This document shows positions 48,515-59,100 of a stretch of DNA of 64,000 nt, piece after piece. The stretch comes from an uncultured delta proteobacterium (GTDB taxonomy: Bacteria; Myxococcota_A; Polyangia; Fen-1088). Under the pieces are notes generated by a model, which was not told where the DNA came from, did no database searches, and worked only from the letters and a program-made list of their open reading frames with translations. The number at the start of each line of letters is the position of its first letter. Position 1 is the stretch's first letter. The stretch lies in NCBI GenBank assembly GCA_963849735.1, contig CAWKJE010000012.1:193199-257198 (forward strand), written 5' to 3'. The position numbers and the translations under genes are program-made.

Positions 48515-50983
48515 AGGGTCTAAGCCGGCTTTCTTGCCAGCTTGCGCTTTGGCGCGGTGGCGCTGGTGGTGGAAAAGGATGAGCGAGGGCAGGGCGAGCA
48601 GAGCCGCGGTCAGGCAGGAGATCTCGCCCAGGATGGCCATCATGCCGAAGCCGCGCAAGGCGCGGTTGCTGGCCGCCAGCAGGGAGCCGTAGCCCACGAT
48701 GGTGGTCCACGAGCACAGGGCGACCGCGGCGCCGGTGGCACCCACGGCCCGGATCATGTCGTGCTCGTCGCGGTAGCGTTGGGCGACGTTGAGTCCGTAT
48801 TCGGCGCCGATGCCGAAGGTGATGGGGAGGGCGATGAAGTTGAGGAAGGTGATGCGCACCCCGCCGAGCCCGGCCACCCCCAGCATCCAGATCACACCGA
48901 TGAGCAGGGTACCGATGGCCGACAGCGCGGCCGCGCGCGGGCGCATGATGAGGAAAGAGAAGAGCAGGACGACGACGAGCGCCGCCGCGGTGACGATGGG
49001 CCCGTCGTGCAGGATCGAGCGAATCATGGCCGCGAACACCACCGCGCTGCCCGAGGTGGCTATGGTCCGGTGCAGCTCGGGCAGGTACAAGTACTGGAGC
49101 ACTTTCGCCAGGCGGAGCAGATCCCGGCCATTCCACACCGAGAAGTGCTGCTCGACCGGATAGACCAGCACCACCCGGCCGACGGTACCGTCGACTTCGG
49201 TGAAGGGGCGACGGGCCAAGGGGGGCACGTCGAGGGGGCCGAGCACGCGCAGGTCGGCCGGGATGTCGAGGCGGGCTAGCTGACGGCGCTGCTCGGCGCT
49301 GGCGCCATCGAGCACCGGATCGCGGGCGAGCTTGCGGATATCTTCCAGCAAAGCGATCTTGCGCGCTTGGGCCGCGGACGAGCCGGGCAAGACATCGTTG
49401 ATGGTGACGACGTTGCCGATGACGTGCTCGGCCTGATCCTGGCGCCATATGGCGGCGCGGATGGGCTCCACCTCGGCCATGTTGTCGGCCAAGACTATGG
49501 TGGGGGAGGGCCAGCGCTCGAAAAGCGCCTCCATGCTCTGGTTGAAGTGGCGCTCGGTCTCGGTGCTCTCGAGGTTGGCGTTGAGCTTGCGGAAGTCGTA
49601 CTCGAAGGGCGCCTGGGCGAAGTGGAGGAGACCCACGCTGCACAATAGCGTGAGCAAGATGGCGACCAAGGCGATGGTGCCGGGCCGGCGCGCGAGCCAG
49701 CGCGCGAGAAAGCCGAGGTCGAGGGGAGCACGCGGAGCCCTGCGCTCGCGTCCCTTGCTGCGCCGATCCATGAGGAAGAATACCGAGGGCAGGACGGTGA
49801 AGGTAAGTGCCCAGCAGAACAGCACGCCGAAGGCGGCCATGACCCCGAACTGGTAGAAGCCGCGGAATTTGGTCAGGGTCAGGGTGGCGTAGGCCGCCGA
49901 CGCGCAGACCGCCGCGACCCCGGTGCCCCGGGTGACGCCGGCGATGGCATGCTGCATCGACGTCGGGCTGGAGTTGCCGGCGGCCCGATATTCCTCGAAG
50001 CGCGACATCAGTATGATGGCGTAATTGATGCCGTTGCCCAGGATGATCGAGCCCAGGAAGGCGGTGGAGGAATTGACATAGCCAAAGGCGAGCTTGGCCA
50101 CCGCGAATGCCATGACCGTGCCGATGGCGCCCGAGGTGGCGATGAGGGGTAGGAAACGCAGGCGGCGGAAGTAGAGCACCAGCGACAGCGCCACGATGAC
50201 CAGGCAGGTGACGGTTACCCAGAGGATGTCGTGCTCTACCGCCGCCCGGCTGGCGATGGCGGTCGCCACCGGGCCTCCGACGAAGCTTTCCATCTGGGGA
50301 TGGAATTGGCGCCCGTCGTCGGCGTGCACCAGGCGCTGGGCCGCCTGGTATATGCCCTCGCCGCCGCGCTCGCCGAAGATGCCCCCGGGAGGCAGCGCCG
50401 CGATCCAGACGTAGGTGCCATCCTGGCTGCGGAAAACGCCGTCGGGGAAGCGCCCGCCTAGCTGGTCGCGCTTGGTCATTCTCTCGCGCATAGAGTCAAT
50501 GGACTCCTCATCGTTATCGCCCAGGTCGACGAGCAGGGGATTCTTGTGGCGGGTGATCTCCAGGCGCAGGCGGTCGCGGATATCGCTGAGGTCCGGCTCG
50601 GCTGCGTAGAGCCACTTGTGGCGCTCGAAGAACGACCTGAGGTCGCGGATGTTGTAGGTCGCGAGGGTGACCGTGCTCTTGGGTAGCTGGCGCAGTTGGG
50701 TGGTGAGCGACTCGGCGTAGCTGAGGTTGGCCTGGAGGTTGGGCGAGTGTATGCCGATGAGGAGCAGCGACATGTCACCCACCCGGGCCTGCGTCCGCTC
50801 CAGCGCGACCACTCCCGGATCGTTGCTGGGCAAGAGCTCGGAAAATGCCGTGCGCAGCTCGAGGTGGGCGGCCAGCCATGCCGCGGAGGCACAGAGGAGC
50901 AGGGCCACGAGCAGGATCTTGCCCGCGTGGCGGGAGACGAAGGCACAGTAACGAGCCGAGCTCGACTCAAAGGGAACGCCCAT
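48512..50983 (-). CDS. MMPL-family (RND superfamily) exporter, copy 2
   Basis: Same architecture as 41222..43756 with high collinear similarity to it. Confidence 0.75.
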   Translation of the reverse strand: MGVPFESSSARYCAFVSRHAGKILLVALLLCASAAWLAAHLELRTAFSELLPSNDPGVVALERTQARVGDMSLLLIGIHSPNLQANLSYAESLTTQLRQLPKSTVTLATYNIRDLRSFFERHKWLYAAEPDLSDIRDRLRLEITRHKNPLLVDLGDNDEESIDSMRERMTKRDQLGGRFPDGVFRSQDGTYVWIAALPPGGIFGERGGEGIYQAAQRLVHADDGRQFHPQMESFVGGPVATAIASRAAVEHDILWVTVTCLVIVALSLVLYFRRLRFLPLIATSGAIGTVMAFAVAKLAFGYVNSSTAFLGSIILGNGINYAIILMSRFEEYRAAGNSSPTSMQHAIAGVTRGTGVAAVCASAAYATLTLTKFRGFYQFGVMAAFGVLFCWALTFTVLPSVFFLMDRRSKGRERRAPRAPLDLGFLARWLARRPGTIALVAILLTLLCSVGLLHFAQAPFEYDFRKLNANLESTETERHFNQSMEALFERWPSPTIVLADNMAEVEPIRAAIWRQDQAEHVIGNVVTINDVLPGSSAAQARKIALLEDIRKLARDPVLDGASAEQRRQLARLDIPADLRVLGPLDVPPLARRPFTEVDGTVGRVVLVYPVEQHFSVWNGRDLLRLAKVLQYLYLPELHRTIATSGSAVVFAAMIRSILHDGPIVTAAALVVVLLFSFLIMRPRAAALSAIGTLLIGVIWMLGVAGLGGVRITFLNFIALPITFGIGAEYGLNVAQRYRDEHDMIRAVGATGAAVALCSWTTIVGYGSLLAASNRALRGFGMMAILGEISCLTAALLALPSLILFHHQRHRAKAQAGKKAGLDP

Positions 50984-51048
50984 TCGTATGGAACCTAACC
51001 GCCCGCCCGCGGCGAAACAAGGACCCGCCGGCTACGCGGATCTACCGG

Positions 51049-53361
51049 CTACAAGGTGGCCGCAGACTTTGGGCTCCCGGCTTCGGGGGCACACTCTCCA
51101 TCTGGGCCTGCCTGGTCGAGCAGGCGGGTGGTGCCGGACACCGTGCTCTGGGCGAGCAGTTGCTGGGCGAAGGCCCTGGCCTGGTCGAGGTGGGTGAGGG
51201 CTATGGCCTTTTGCACCCGGGGCAGGTAGCGCGAGCTCATGCTGAATTTGCGCACGCCTATGCCGAGCAAGAAACGCACGAAGCGCGGGTCGTGCGCCAT
51301 ATCGCCGCACACCGACACGTCGCGTTCGTTGCGCAGGGCGGCAGACACGGCGCGGTGGAGGCCGCGCAGCACGGCGGGATGGTGAGGAACATAGAGATCG
51401 GCAACGTGCACGTTAGTGCGATCGACCGCCAGCATGTATTGGACGAAGTCGTTGGTGCCAATGGAGAAGAAGTCGGCGCGGCGGGAGAGCTCGTCCATCA
51501 TTTCGAGCACGGAGGGCACCTCGATCATCATGCCCAGCTGCACGCGCTGGCACCCGGGTAGCCCGTCCCGTTTGAGCGTCGCGCGGCACTCATCCACCGC
51601 ATCGGCAGCGGCGGCCAGCTCATCGGGGGACGAGATCATGGGAAACATGATGCGCACCTCGGTGTCGTGCGCGGCGCGCAGGATGGCACGCACCTGCTGC
51701 AAGAAGACCTCGCGATGGCGGAGCGAGAAGCGAATCGAGCGCAGGCCGAGAAAGGGATTGGCCTCGGCGCCGTAATCGAAATAGGAGAGCATCTTGTCGC
51801 CACCGACGTCGAGGGTGCGGAAAGTGATCTCGCAGCCGGGCATGCCCTCCATCAGCCGGCGGTAGATCTGCAGCTGCTCTTCCTCGCTGGGGAAGTCGTT
51901 GCGGATCATGAAGGGAAATTCGGTGCGATATAGGCCAATCCCCTCGGCCCGGTAGGAGCGGGCCACCTCGACGTCGGCGATCAGGTTGATGTTGGCGAGC
52001 AGGCGGACACGGGTACCGTCGGCGGTGAATGACTGCGGACGCATCTCGTCGGCTTGCTCGAACGCCGAGCGGCGTGCTTCCTCCTGCTCGCGAAAGCGTT
52101 GCTCGACTTCCTCCGAGGGGGCGATGTAGAGGTTGCCCTGGCGGGCATCGAGCACCACGCGCGTCCCCTCGGCGAGGTCCAGCAGACGCGGCTCGTCGGC
52201 GAAGATCAGAGGGAGATCGAGCGAGCGGGCCAGCACCGCGACGTGCGAGGTGATGCCGCCCGAGAGCAGGACGATGCCGCCGACCTTCTCCAGGCCGAGC
52301 TTGAGCACCTCGGACGGGAGCAGCTCGGCCGCGATGGCGATGCGCCCTTCCCGGCCCGATTGGGTGTCGCGGTGGCCCGACAGATTGGCCAGGAGGCGGC
52401 GGCCCACGTCCATGACGTCGTAGCGCTTTTCTCGCATGTACGCGTTGTCCATGCGCTCGAAGCGCTGGACGTATTCGAGGATCACGCGATAGACCCCTTC
52501 CGCGGGCGGGGCACCGGCCGCGATCTGCTCCTCCATGGCGCCCAGCCAGCTCTGATCGCGTAACATCAAGAGCTGGGCCGAGAAGATGACGGCGGTGATG
52601 TCGGAGAGCCTCTCCCCGGCCAGCTTTTCGAGATGCTCGAGCTGCTTCTCGGTGTCGGCCACCGCGCGACGAAAGTCGGCCATCTTCAGGGTGGAGCTGC
52701 CCATGAGGGCGCGGATCTCGGCCAGCGAGGGCTGGCGGATGATCACGGTCTCGCCCACGGCGCAGCCCTCCGCCCCCACTTGTCCATGCACGAGGCGCAG
52801 CTCGGGCATGTCGGCGCCCGGGCTGCCGGCCGAGGGCGTCTCGAGGGTGAGCAGCAAGCGCGCCATTTCGATGGTGGTGGCTAGCTGCATGGTGATGGCT
52901 CGGAAGACCTGGACGTCTTCGGCGGAAAAATGGCCCGTAAGCCGACTCTCCAAGGTCATGGCGCCAATGGGGCGGCGACCGCGCAAGATGGGGACGGCGA
53001 CGAACGAGCGATACTGCTCTTCTCCTATACCGGGAAAGAAGCGATAGCTGGGGTTCGAGGGCGCATCGGCCTCGCATATCGGGCGACGCTCGGCGAAGGC
53101 GAGGCCGGTCAGGCCTTCCCCGGGACGCAGGCGCACGCGGCCGACCGAGTCGGGCAGCAGTCCCCGGGTTGCGCGCAGGACCAGCTCCTGGTGGGCCTCG
53201 TCGAAAAGGTACACGGAGCACACGTCGGCCTGCATGTGAGGGGCGACGGTGTCCACGATCTTCTGCAACATGGCGTCGAGATCCGACGCATCGGTGATGA
53301 TGGCAGCGAGCTCGCCCAGGTCGCAGATGAGCTTTGCATGATCTCTACTGTTGGTCGCCAT
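51049..53361 (-). CDS. ptsP: Phosphoenolpyruvate-protein phosphotransferase with N-terminal GAF domain (EI-Ntr)
   Basis: N-terminal GAF (LQKIVDTVAPHMQADVCSVYLFDEAHQELVLRATRGL) and the PEP-utilizer C-terminus (TLDVGGDK, CGDMAHDPRFVRFLLGIGVRKFSMS). Confidence 0.85.
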   Translation of the reverse strand: MATNSRDHAKLICDLGELAAIITDASDLDAMLQKIVDTVAPHMQADVCSVYLFDEAHQELVLRATRGLLPDSVGRVRLRPGEGLTGLAFAERRPICEADAPSNPSYRFFPGIGEEQYRSFVAVPILRGRRPIGAMTLESRLTGHFSAEDVQVFRAITMQLATTIEMARLLLTLETPSAGSPGADMPELRLVHGQVGAEGCAVGETVIIRQPSLAEIRALMGSSTLKMADFRRAVADTEKQLEHLEKLAGERLSDITAVIFSAQLLMLRDQSWLGAMEEQIAAGAPPAEGVYRVILEYVQRFERMDNAYMREKRYDVMDVGRRLLANLSGHRDTQSGREGRIAIAAELLPSEVLKLGLEKVGGIVLLSGGITSHVAVLARSLDLPLIFADEPRLLDLAEGTRVVLDARQGNLYIAPSEEVEQRFREQEEARRSAFEQADEMRPQSFTADGTRVRLLANINLIADVEVARSYRAEGIGLYRTEFPFMIRNDFPSEEEQLQIYRRLMEGMPGCEITFRTLDVGGDKMLSYFDYGAEANPFLGLRSIRFSLRHREVFLQQVRAILRAAHDTEVRIMFPMISSPDELAAAADAVDECRATLKRDGLPGCQRVQLGMMIEVPSVLEMMDELSRRADFFSIGTNDFVQYMLAVDRTNVHVADLYVPHHPAVLRGLHRAVSAALRNERDVSVCGDMAHDPRFVRFLLGIGVRKFSMSSRYLPRVQKAIALTHLDQARAFAQQLLAQSTVSGTTRLLDQAGPDGECAPEAGSPKSAATL

Positions 53362-53504
53362 CGGGCTCTAGTCAGTCTGCTTTGATTGGCGAGAGAAAGC
53401 CAGAATTCGCGCACGGGCGTGGCGGCTATGGGTATGCCGGGGGCGGCGCCGGTGACCCTGTTGCGCATGACACGGGATGCTGGCAAGCTCCCTACCTCCT
53501 GACC

Positions 53505-54035
53505 ATGAACAAATCCTGGTTGAAGCCAGCCCACTTGGCCGGTGCGATCGCAGTGGTCATCGCGTGCTCGCATACGCCGCCGTCGTCGTCGCCGCCGCCG
53601 CCACCCCCTTCGCCCTCCTCTTGTCCAACCCCCGAGCCGGTGCGCATCTCCATCACCGCTTCGCTGCGACTCAACCCGGCCGAGAGCGGCGAGTCGCTCG
53701 CGACCACGGTCAGGATCTATCAGCTCAGGGACGCGGCCAAGCTGCTCGAGACCACGCTCGACCGCATTCTCGACAATGATCGGGCGGTGCTCGGCGAAGA
53801 CTTCGTGGCGGTACAGGAGCTCACCCTCTATCCCGGCGAGTGGGCGGCGCCCGTCCTCAGCCGGGGCGAGGGCGCCACGGTCCTGGCCGTGGTGGCTATG
53901 TTGCGCCGGCCGGTGGGGCCATCATGGCGGGCCGTGCGCAAGTTGCCGGCCCCCAATGCCAACTACTGCCGCGAGCCCACGGCCCGGGCGGTGCTGAACT
54001 TTGCGCTGGAAGACAGTCGGGTCGACGTGCGATGA
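53505..54035 (+). CDS. tssJ: Type VI secretion lipoprotein TssJ
   Basis: Lipobox VIAC, a Pro/Ser linker and then LRLNPAESGESLATTVRIYQLRD, which is typical of TssJ. Confidence 0.65.
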   Translation: MNKSWLKPAHLAGAIAVVIACSHTPPSSSPPPPPPSPSSCPTPEPVRISITASLRLNPAESGESLATTVRIYQLRDAAKLLETTLDRILDNDRAVLGEDFVAVQELTLYPGEWAAPVLSRGEGATVLAVVAMLRRPVGPSWRAVRKLPAPNANYCREPTARAVLNFALEDSRVDVR

Positions 54036-54045
54036 GGTGGTCACC

Positions 54046-55428
54046 ATGAAAGATCTGGAGCGAGTCGTCTGGTCGGAAGGCATGCTGGTCTCACCCCAGC
54101 ACCTACAGCAGGCCGACCTCTATCATGAGCGCATGCTCGAAGCGCGCATTGCCGCCAGCACGCCGCTCGGCTGGGGCATCACCGCGCTCGACATCGATGT
54201 CGGGGCGCTGGCCACGGGTTCGCTGGTGCTGAATCGCTTCGCGGGGATATTGCCGGACGGGTTGGCGCTCGATTTTCAGGCCGGCGACGAGGAAGCCCCG
54301 GCGGCACGCCCCATCGCTAGCCATTTCCCGGCGACCTTGCCCGCCCTCGCGGTCCATCTCGCGCTGCCCAAGGAACGCGACGGTGTGCCTTCGGTGGCAG
54401 CCGAGATGGCCGGGGATGGTGCTCAGGGCAAGCCCGCCATTCGCACCCGCTTTCGCAGCGCCAGCCGGTCCGTCGTCGATATGACCGGCGAGGCGGCCAA
54501 CCTGACCATGGCGTTCGCGCGGCGCAATTTGACGGTGCTCTTGGGCAGCGAGGGAGGCGAGGACTACGACTCGATCAAGATCGCGGAGGTCGTGCGCGCT
54601 GCCGACGGACACTTTCAGCTCAGCGAGGCCTTCATCCCCCCTATTTTGACCATTGCGGCATCGCCGTTCTTGATGGGTGCGGTACAGCGCCTGCTCGCGC
54701 TGATGGTGGCCAAGCGCCGCCAGCTCTCGGCCGAGCGCTCGCAGCGGGATGCCGCTTCGGTCGAGTTCAGTGCCAACGATGTGACGCGCTATTTGCAGCT
54801 GTCCGCCCTGAACGCGGCCATTCCCTTTCTGGTGCACGCCGGCCGCGCCGGCGAGCTCGACCCACGCGAGCTCTACCTGTACCTCATCCAGAGCGCGGGC
54901 GCCCTGTCCACCTTTGCCATCGATACCGACCCGGTGACCTTTCCAGCCTTCGCCTTCACCGATCTGCGCTCGACCTTCGAGGAGCTCTTCGCCATGCTCA
55001 CCTCGCTCTTGCGCGCCAATCTGCGCGAGCTGTGTGTGCGGGTGCCCACGGAAGTGCACGAAGGTATCTACGTGGGCGCGCTTGCGGACGAACGCGTGCT
55101 CAAGTGCCAGCAGTTCGTGCTGGGCGCGCAATCCCAGATGCCCGTGGAGCAGCTCTCGCGCGAGCTCCCGGGCCGGGTGAAGATTGCGTCGTGGTCGCAG
55201 CTGCCCTACCTCATGCGCCAGGCCACGCGGGGGGTCCCCTTGCAGGTCACCCACCGGCCTCCGGCCGAGATTCCGGTCCGGCCCGGGGTGGTGTACTTCC
55301 TCTTGGACACGTCCATCGACCACTGGCGACACGTGCTTGCGGAGCGCAAGGTGGCGATCTATGCCCCGCCGCCCTTCGACCCCTCGCAGGTCAAGGTCGA
55401 GCTCTTCGGCATTCCGGGCAAAGGCTGA
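54046..55428 (+). CDS. tssK: Type VI secretion baseplate protein TssK
   Basis: N-terminal VVWSEGMLVSPQHLQQADLYHE matches the TssK signature (WSEGMFL.PQHFQQQDRY). Confidence 0.85.
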   Translation: MKDLERVVWSEGMLVSPQHLQQADLYHERMLEARIAASTPLGWGITALDIDVGALATGSLVLNRFAGILPDGLALDFQAGDEEAPAARPIASHFPATLPALAVHLALPKERDGVPSVAAEMAGDGAQGKPAIRTRFRSASRSVVDMTGEAANLTMAFARRNLTVLLGSEGGEDYDSIKIAEVVRAADGHFQLSEAFIPPILTIAASPFLMGAVQRLLALMVAKRRQLSAERSQRDAASVEFSANDVTRYLQLSALNAAIPFLVHAGRAGELDPRELYLYLIQSAGALSTFAIDTDPVTFPAFAFTDLRSTFEELFAMLTSLLRANLRELCVRVPTEVHEGIYVGALADERVLKCQQFVLGAQSQMPVEQLSRELPGRVKIASWSQLPYLMRQATRGVPLQVTHRPPAEIPVRPGVVYFLLDTSIDHWRHVLAERKVAIYAPPPFDPSQVKVELFGIPGKG

Positions 55429-55440
55429 GCGGACGGGAGC

Positions 55441-56109
55441 ATGCGGGACCTAGTGCAAGGGCTCACGGGGGAATGCTTCGCCGCCATTGCGCGGCTGCGC
55501 GAGCTCGACGAGACGGTGAGCAGGCCCGAGACCGTGCACGCGCGCATGTGCGGTTACTTCGATAGCCTCAAAGACCGCGCGCGCAGCCACGGGGTCCCCG
55601 AGAGAGACACCCAGGACATCCTCTACGCTCTGGTCGCGCTGGCCGACGAGGTGGCCATCAAGGCGCCCGAACCATTGCGCAGCTACTGGCTGAGCCAGCC
55701 GCTGCAACTTCGCTACTTCGGCGAAAACGTGGCGGGGGAGGGGTTCTTCAGCCGACTGCAATCATTGCTCGCCGATGGGCGGCGCTTGGAAGTGCTACGG
55801 GTCTACCACCTGTGCTTGCTCTTCGATTTTCAAGGCCGGTATGGCTTCCCCGGCGGCGCGGCCGAGCTCTTGCGTGTCACCGAAGGGGTGCGCAATCAGC
55901 TCGAGCGTCATATGGAGCTGCCCGAGGAGCTGGCGCCGGCCGGTCAGCCGCCCGACGAGCCGGCGGTACGACGCGGGGCCAGCAACGCCTTGTTGTGGCT
56001 GTCGCTCGGGATTTTCGCGCTGGCCCTGGCGGTGTTCGTCGGCTTGCGCATCTCCTTCGATCAACAGGTTGCCGACGTTGCCGCCCGTGTCGACAAGCTA
56101 GCTCACTGA
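55441..56109 (+). CDS. tssL: Type VI secretion membrane protein TssL (DotU family)
   Basis: DotU-like core (VYHLCLLFDFQGRY) with a C-terminal TM helix. Confidence 0.8.
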   Translation: MRDLVQGLTGECFAAIARLRELDETVSRPETVHARMCGYFDSLKDRARSHGVPERDTQDILYALVALADEVAIKAPEPLRSYWLSQPLQLRYFGENVAGEGFFSRLQSLLADGRRLEVLRVYHLCLLFDFQGRYGFPGGAAELLRVTEGVRNQLERHMELPEELAPAGQPPDEPAVRRGASNALLWLSLGIFALALAVFVGLRISFDQQVADVAARVDKLAH

Positions 56110-56118
56110 GGATACCGC

Positions 56119-59100
56119 GTGCTCAAGTACGTCTTTGCCGCCATTTTCATCGCGCTCGCCTGGGCGGCGGCGATCGTCTTCCACGGGGTTGCGCCGCTCT
56201 TGTGGGCCGCCATCGCGGTCACCGTCTGTCTGGTGCTGGGGCTGGGACTGTGGGCCATCATGAGCGCGACCTTCACGCGCAAGTCGGCGGGGGCCATAGA
56301 GGCCGGGCTCGACAGTGCCGCCCGCGCTCGTCCTGACCAGCAGGCGGAGATCGGCGCCATGCAGCTGGAGTTCCAGCGGGCTATCGCCGGGCTCAAGTCC
56401 TCGCGGCTCGGCCACAAGGGGCGCGACGCCCTGAGTCTTCTGCCTTGGTACGTCATCATAGGCCCCCCGGGAGCGGGCAAGACCACGGCGCTGCGCAGCT
56501 CTGGTCTGCAGTTTCCCTATGCCAAGGGCGGCAAGGTGAAGGGGGTTGGCGGCACCCGCAACTGCGATTGGTGGCTGACCAACGAGGCCATCATTCTCGA
56601 TACCGCCGGGCGTTGGTCGACCCAGGACGACGACCACGATGAATGGTTGGCCTTTCTCCGCCTCCTGCGCAAGACTCGACCGAAGAAGCCGGTCAATGGC
56701 ATCCTGCTCGCGGTCAGCCTGCTCGATCTGGACGGGGGCGAGGCGGAGGTGGCTGCCCTGGCCAAGGCGCTGCGGGAGCGCCTCGACGAGGTGACCGGGT
56801 GCCTCGACATGGTGGTACCGGTCTATCTCCTGGTCACCAAGACCGACCTGGTGCCGGGGTTCGTGGAGATGTGGGGCGATCTGCGCGACAAAGAGCGCGG
56901 GCAAATCTGGGGGGTCACCCTACCGCTCCTGGCCAGTCCCGACGAGCGCACTGGGCTCCTGGAAGAGCAGCTGCAGGAGCTCTTCGATGTGGCGGGTCAG
57001 CGCGCTTTCTTCCGTATGTGCGACGAAAGGCGCCTCGAAGCTCGGCACAAGATTTTCGAGTTCGCACCCCAGCTCGAGGCCTTGGGGCGCAATCTGTCTT
57101 TGCTGGTGGCCGACTTGTTCGCCGACAACGTCTACCAGGACGCTCCCATCCTGCGGGGAGTGTACTTCACCTCGGGCACGCAGGAAGGGCGGCCCATCGA
57201 CCGCATCATGCAGAATATGGCCAGTGCCTTCGGTGTCGCCGAGCGCGCCGCCGCGGCTTCGGTGGCCGTGACCAAGCCCAAGAGCTACTTCTTGCGCGAC
57301 GTCTTTACCGAGGTGGTGTTCCCCGACCAGGCGGCGGCCGTGCGCAGCAGTCGGGTCATGCGCCAACAGCGGCTCTTGCGCTTGGGGTTGACGGTGGCCG
57401 CCTTCGCGCTGGCGGCCGGTCTGCTCCTCCTGCCGATTCGCTCCTACCAGACCAACTCGGGCTATGCCAAAGATGCCCTGCGCGCCATCAACAAGCTTTC
57501 CGCCAGCCGGGCGGCCAAGGACGCCATGGGGCTGCCTTCGGGTGAAGCCCTCGAGTCGGTGGAGGACCTGGCCAAGGCGCTGGTCGAGGGGGAAGGTAAC
57601 TCCGTCCTCTTCCCGCGGGACAGCGTCACGCGCGAGCTGCACACCGCGGTCGAACGCTTGATCGTGCGTCCGCTGATCCGCGCCGATCTGAGCAAGGCCT
57701 CGGCGGTAGGTGGGCTGGGCACTTCCGAGCTGATGGACGCCCTGATCTTGCACCTGCTCTTGACGCAAGACAAGCAACCCGACGAGCCTACGCCGCGTAG
57801 CGACCGCTGGGAGGCGGGCGTGAAGCTGGCGGCCGAGAAGGCGGCGGCGCGATGGATCAGTCTCACCAATCAGTCGGGGGGCGGGCGGGCGCCGCGGGTG
57901 CTGGAAGGCCTGGTGCGGTTTTATGCCGGTGGCATCACCGATCCGGCCGATATGGTCGACCGTGACAAGAAGTTCGTCACCTACGCGCGCGCGGTCCTCA
58001 TCGGCTCGGGCGACGATCCCCTGGGTGATGTGATCAATGACCCGAGCATGCCGCGCGACCTCAAGGACATCGACCTGCTCGGCAGCGCGGTCGTGCTCTT
58101 GACGCCGCAGCAGCCGCAAGGCAAGCCGGCCAAGAAGGAGATTGCCGTGCGCGGCGCCTTCACTCCGGCGGGCTATCTCGCGGTGGAGAAGCGGCTGCGC
58201 CAGCTGGAGAAAGCCCAGAGCGATGACGATGAGAGCTCCTGGATCCTGGGCAAAGAGCGCAAGGCCCGCGACGCCCGCGCCATCGCGAAGATAAAGGCCG
58301 ACTACTTCGTCCAGTACATCGCCGCCTGGCAACGCTTTCTGCTCACCTTGGCGGTGCGCGAGCCGGCCTCCCTCGACGAGGCCCGGGCGCTGATCAAGCG
58401 GCTGAGCTCGGAGAAACCCTTCGAGGTGGCCTGGAAGAATATCAGCGCCAATCTGACGCTCAAAGAGGAGGAATCGCTCACCGACAAGGCCCTGGGCAAG
58501 GCGAGGGAGGCCCTCGATCGTGGCACTGGGGGCATCGCGACGGCTGAGCTCGCTCGGGGGGACGACCGGACGGCTGCCGGCCCGCGCCAGGTCGAGACCG
58601 CGTTTGCGGGCTTGATGCGCTTTGGCTCGGTGAAGCCGACCGGGTTCGAACAGTACGACCAACTGCTCGGGGAATTGGGGGGGGTGATGGGCGAGCAGGG
58701 CATGCCCGATGCGAAGACGTTCCCGAATGCCATTCGCACCCTGCGGACCAATCTGCAGAACCTGGTCGCGCGCTACGACGACCAGGGGTGGGAGCAGGGC
58801 GTGCTGGAGAAGATCCTGATGCCGCCCCTGCGCGGGGCCGAGGTGGCGGTGACGGGCGCGACCACGGATTCGGCCAATCGCAAGTGGTGCGAGACGGTGG
58901 TGGTGGCCTTCGACCAACTCCTGGCTGGACGTTATCCCTTCGCCACGGTCAGGACCACGGGTGAGGCCCGGATCGCCGACATCGAGAAGTTCTTCCTGCC
59001 GACGAGCGGAACTCTCTGGCAATACTACAGCGATGCCCTGGCCAACGATATCGAGCGGGTGGGTGATGTCTTCCGCGCCAAGGATGGCGCGGCCATTCAT

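Noticed and set aside
46785-49643. 952-aa ORF reading through 48512-49643
   Set aside because: The upstream 370 aa overlap the MMPL copy 2 gene in another frame and are low-complexity (RPGA-rich). The real gene most likely starts near 48514 (TTG) or 48410 (ATG).
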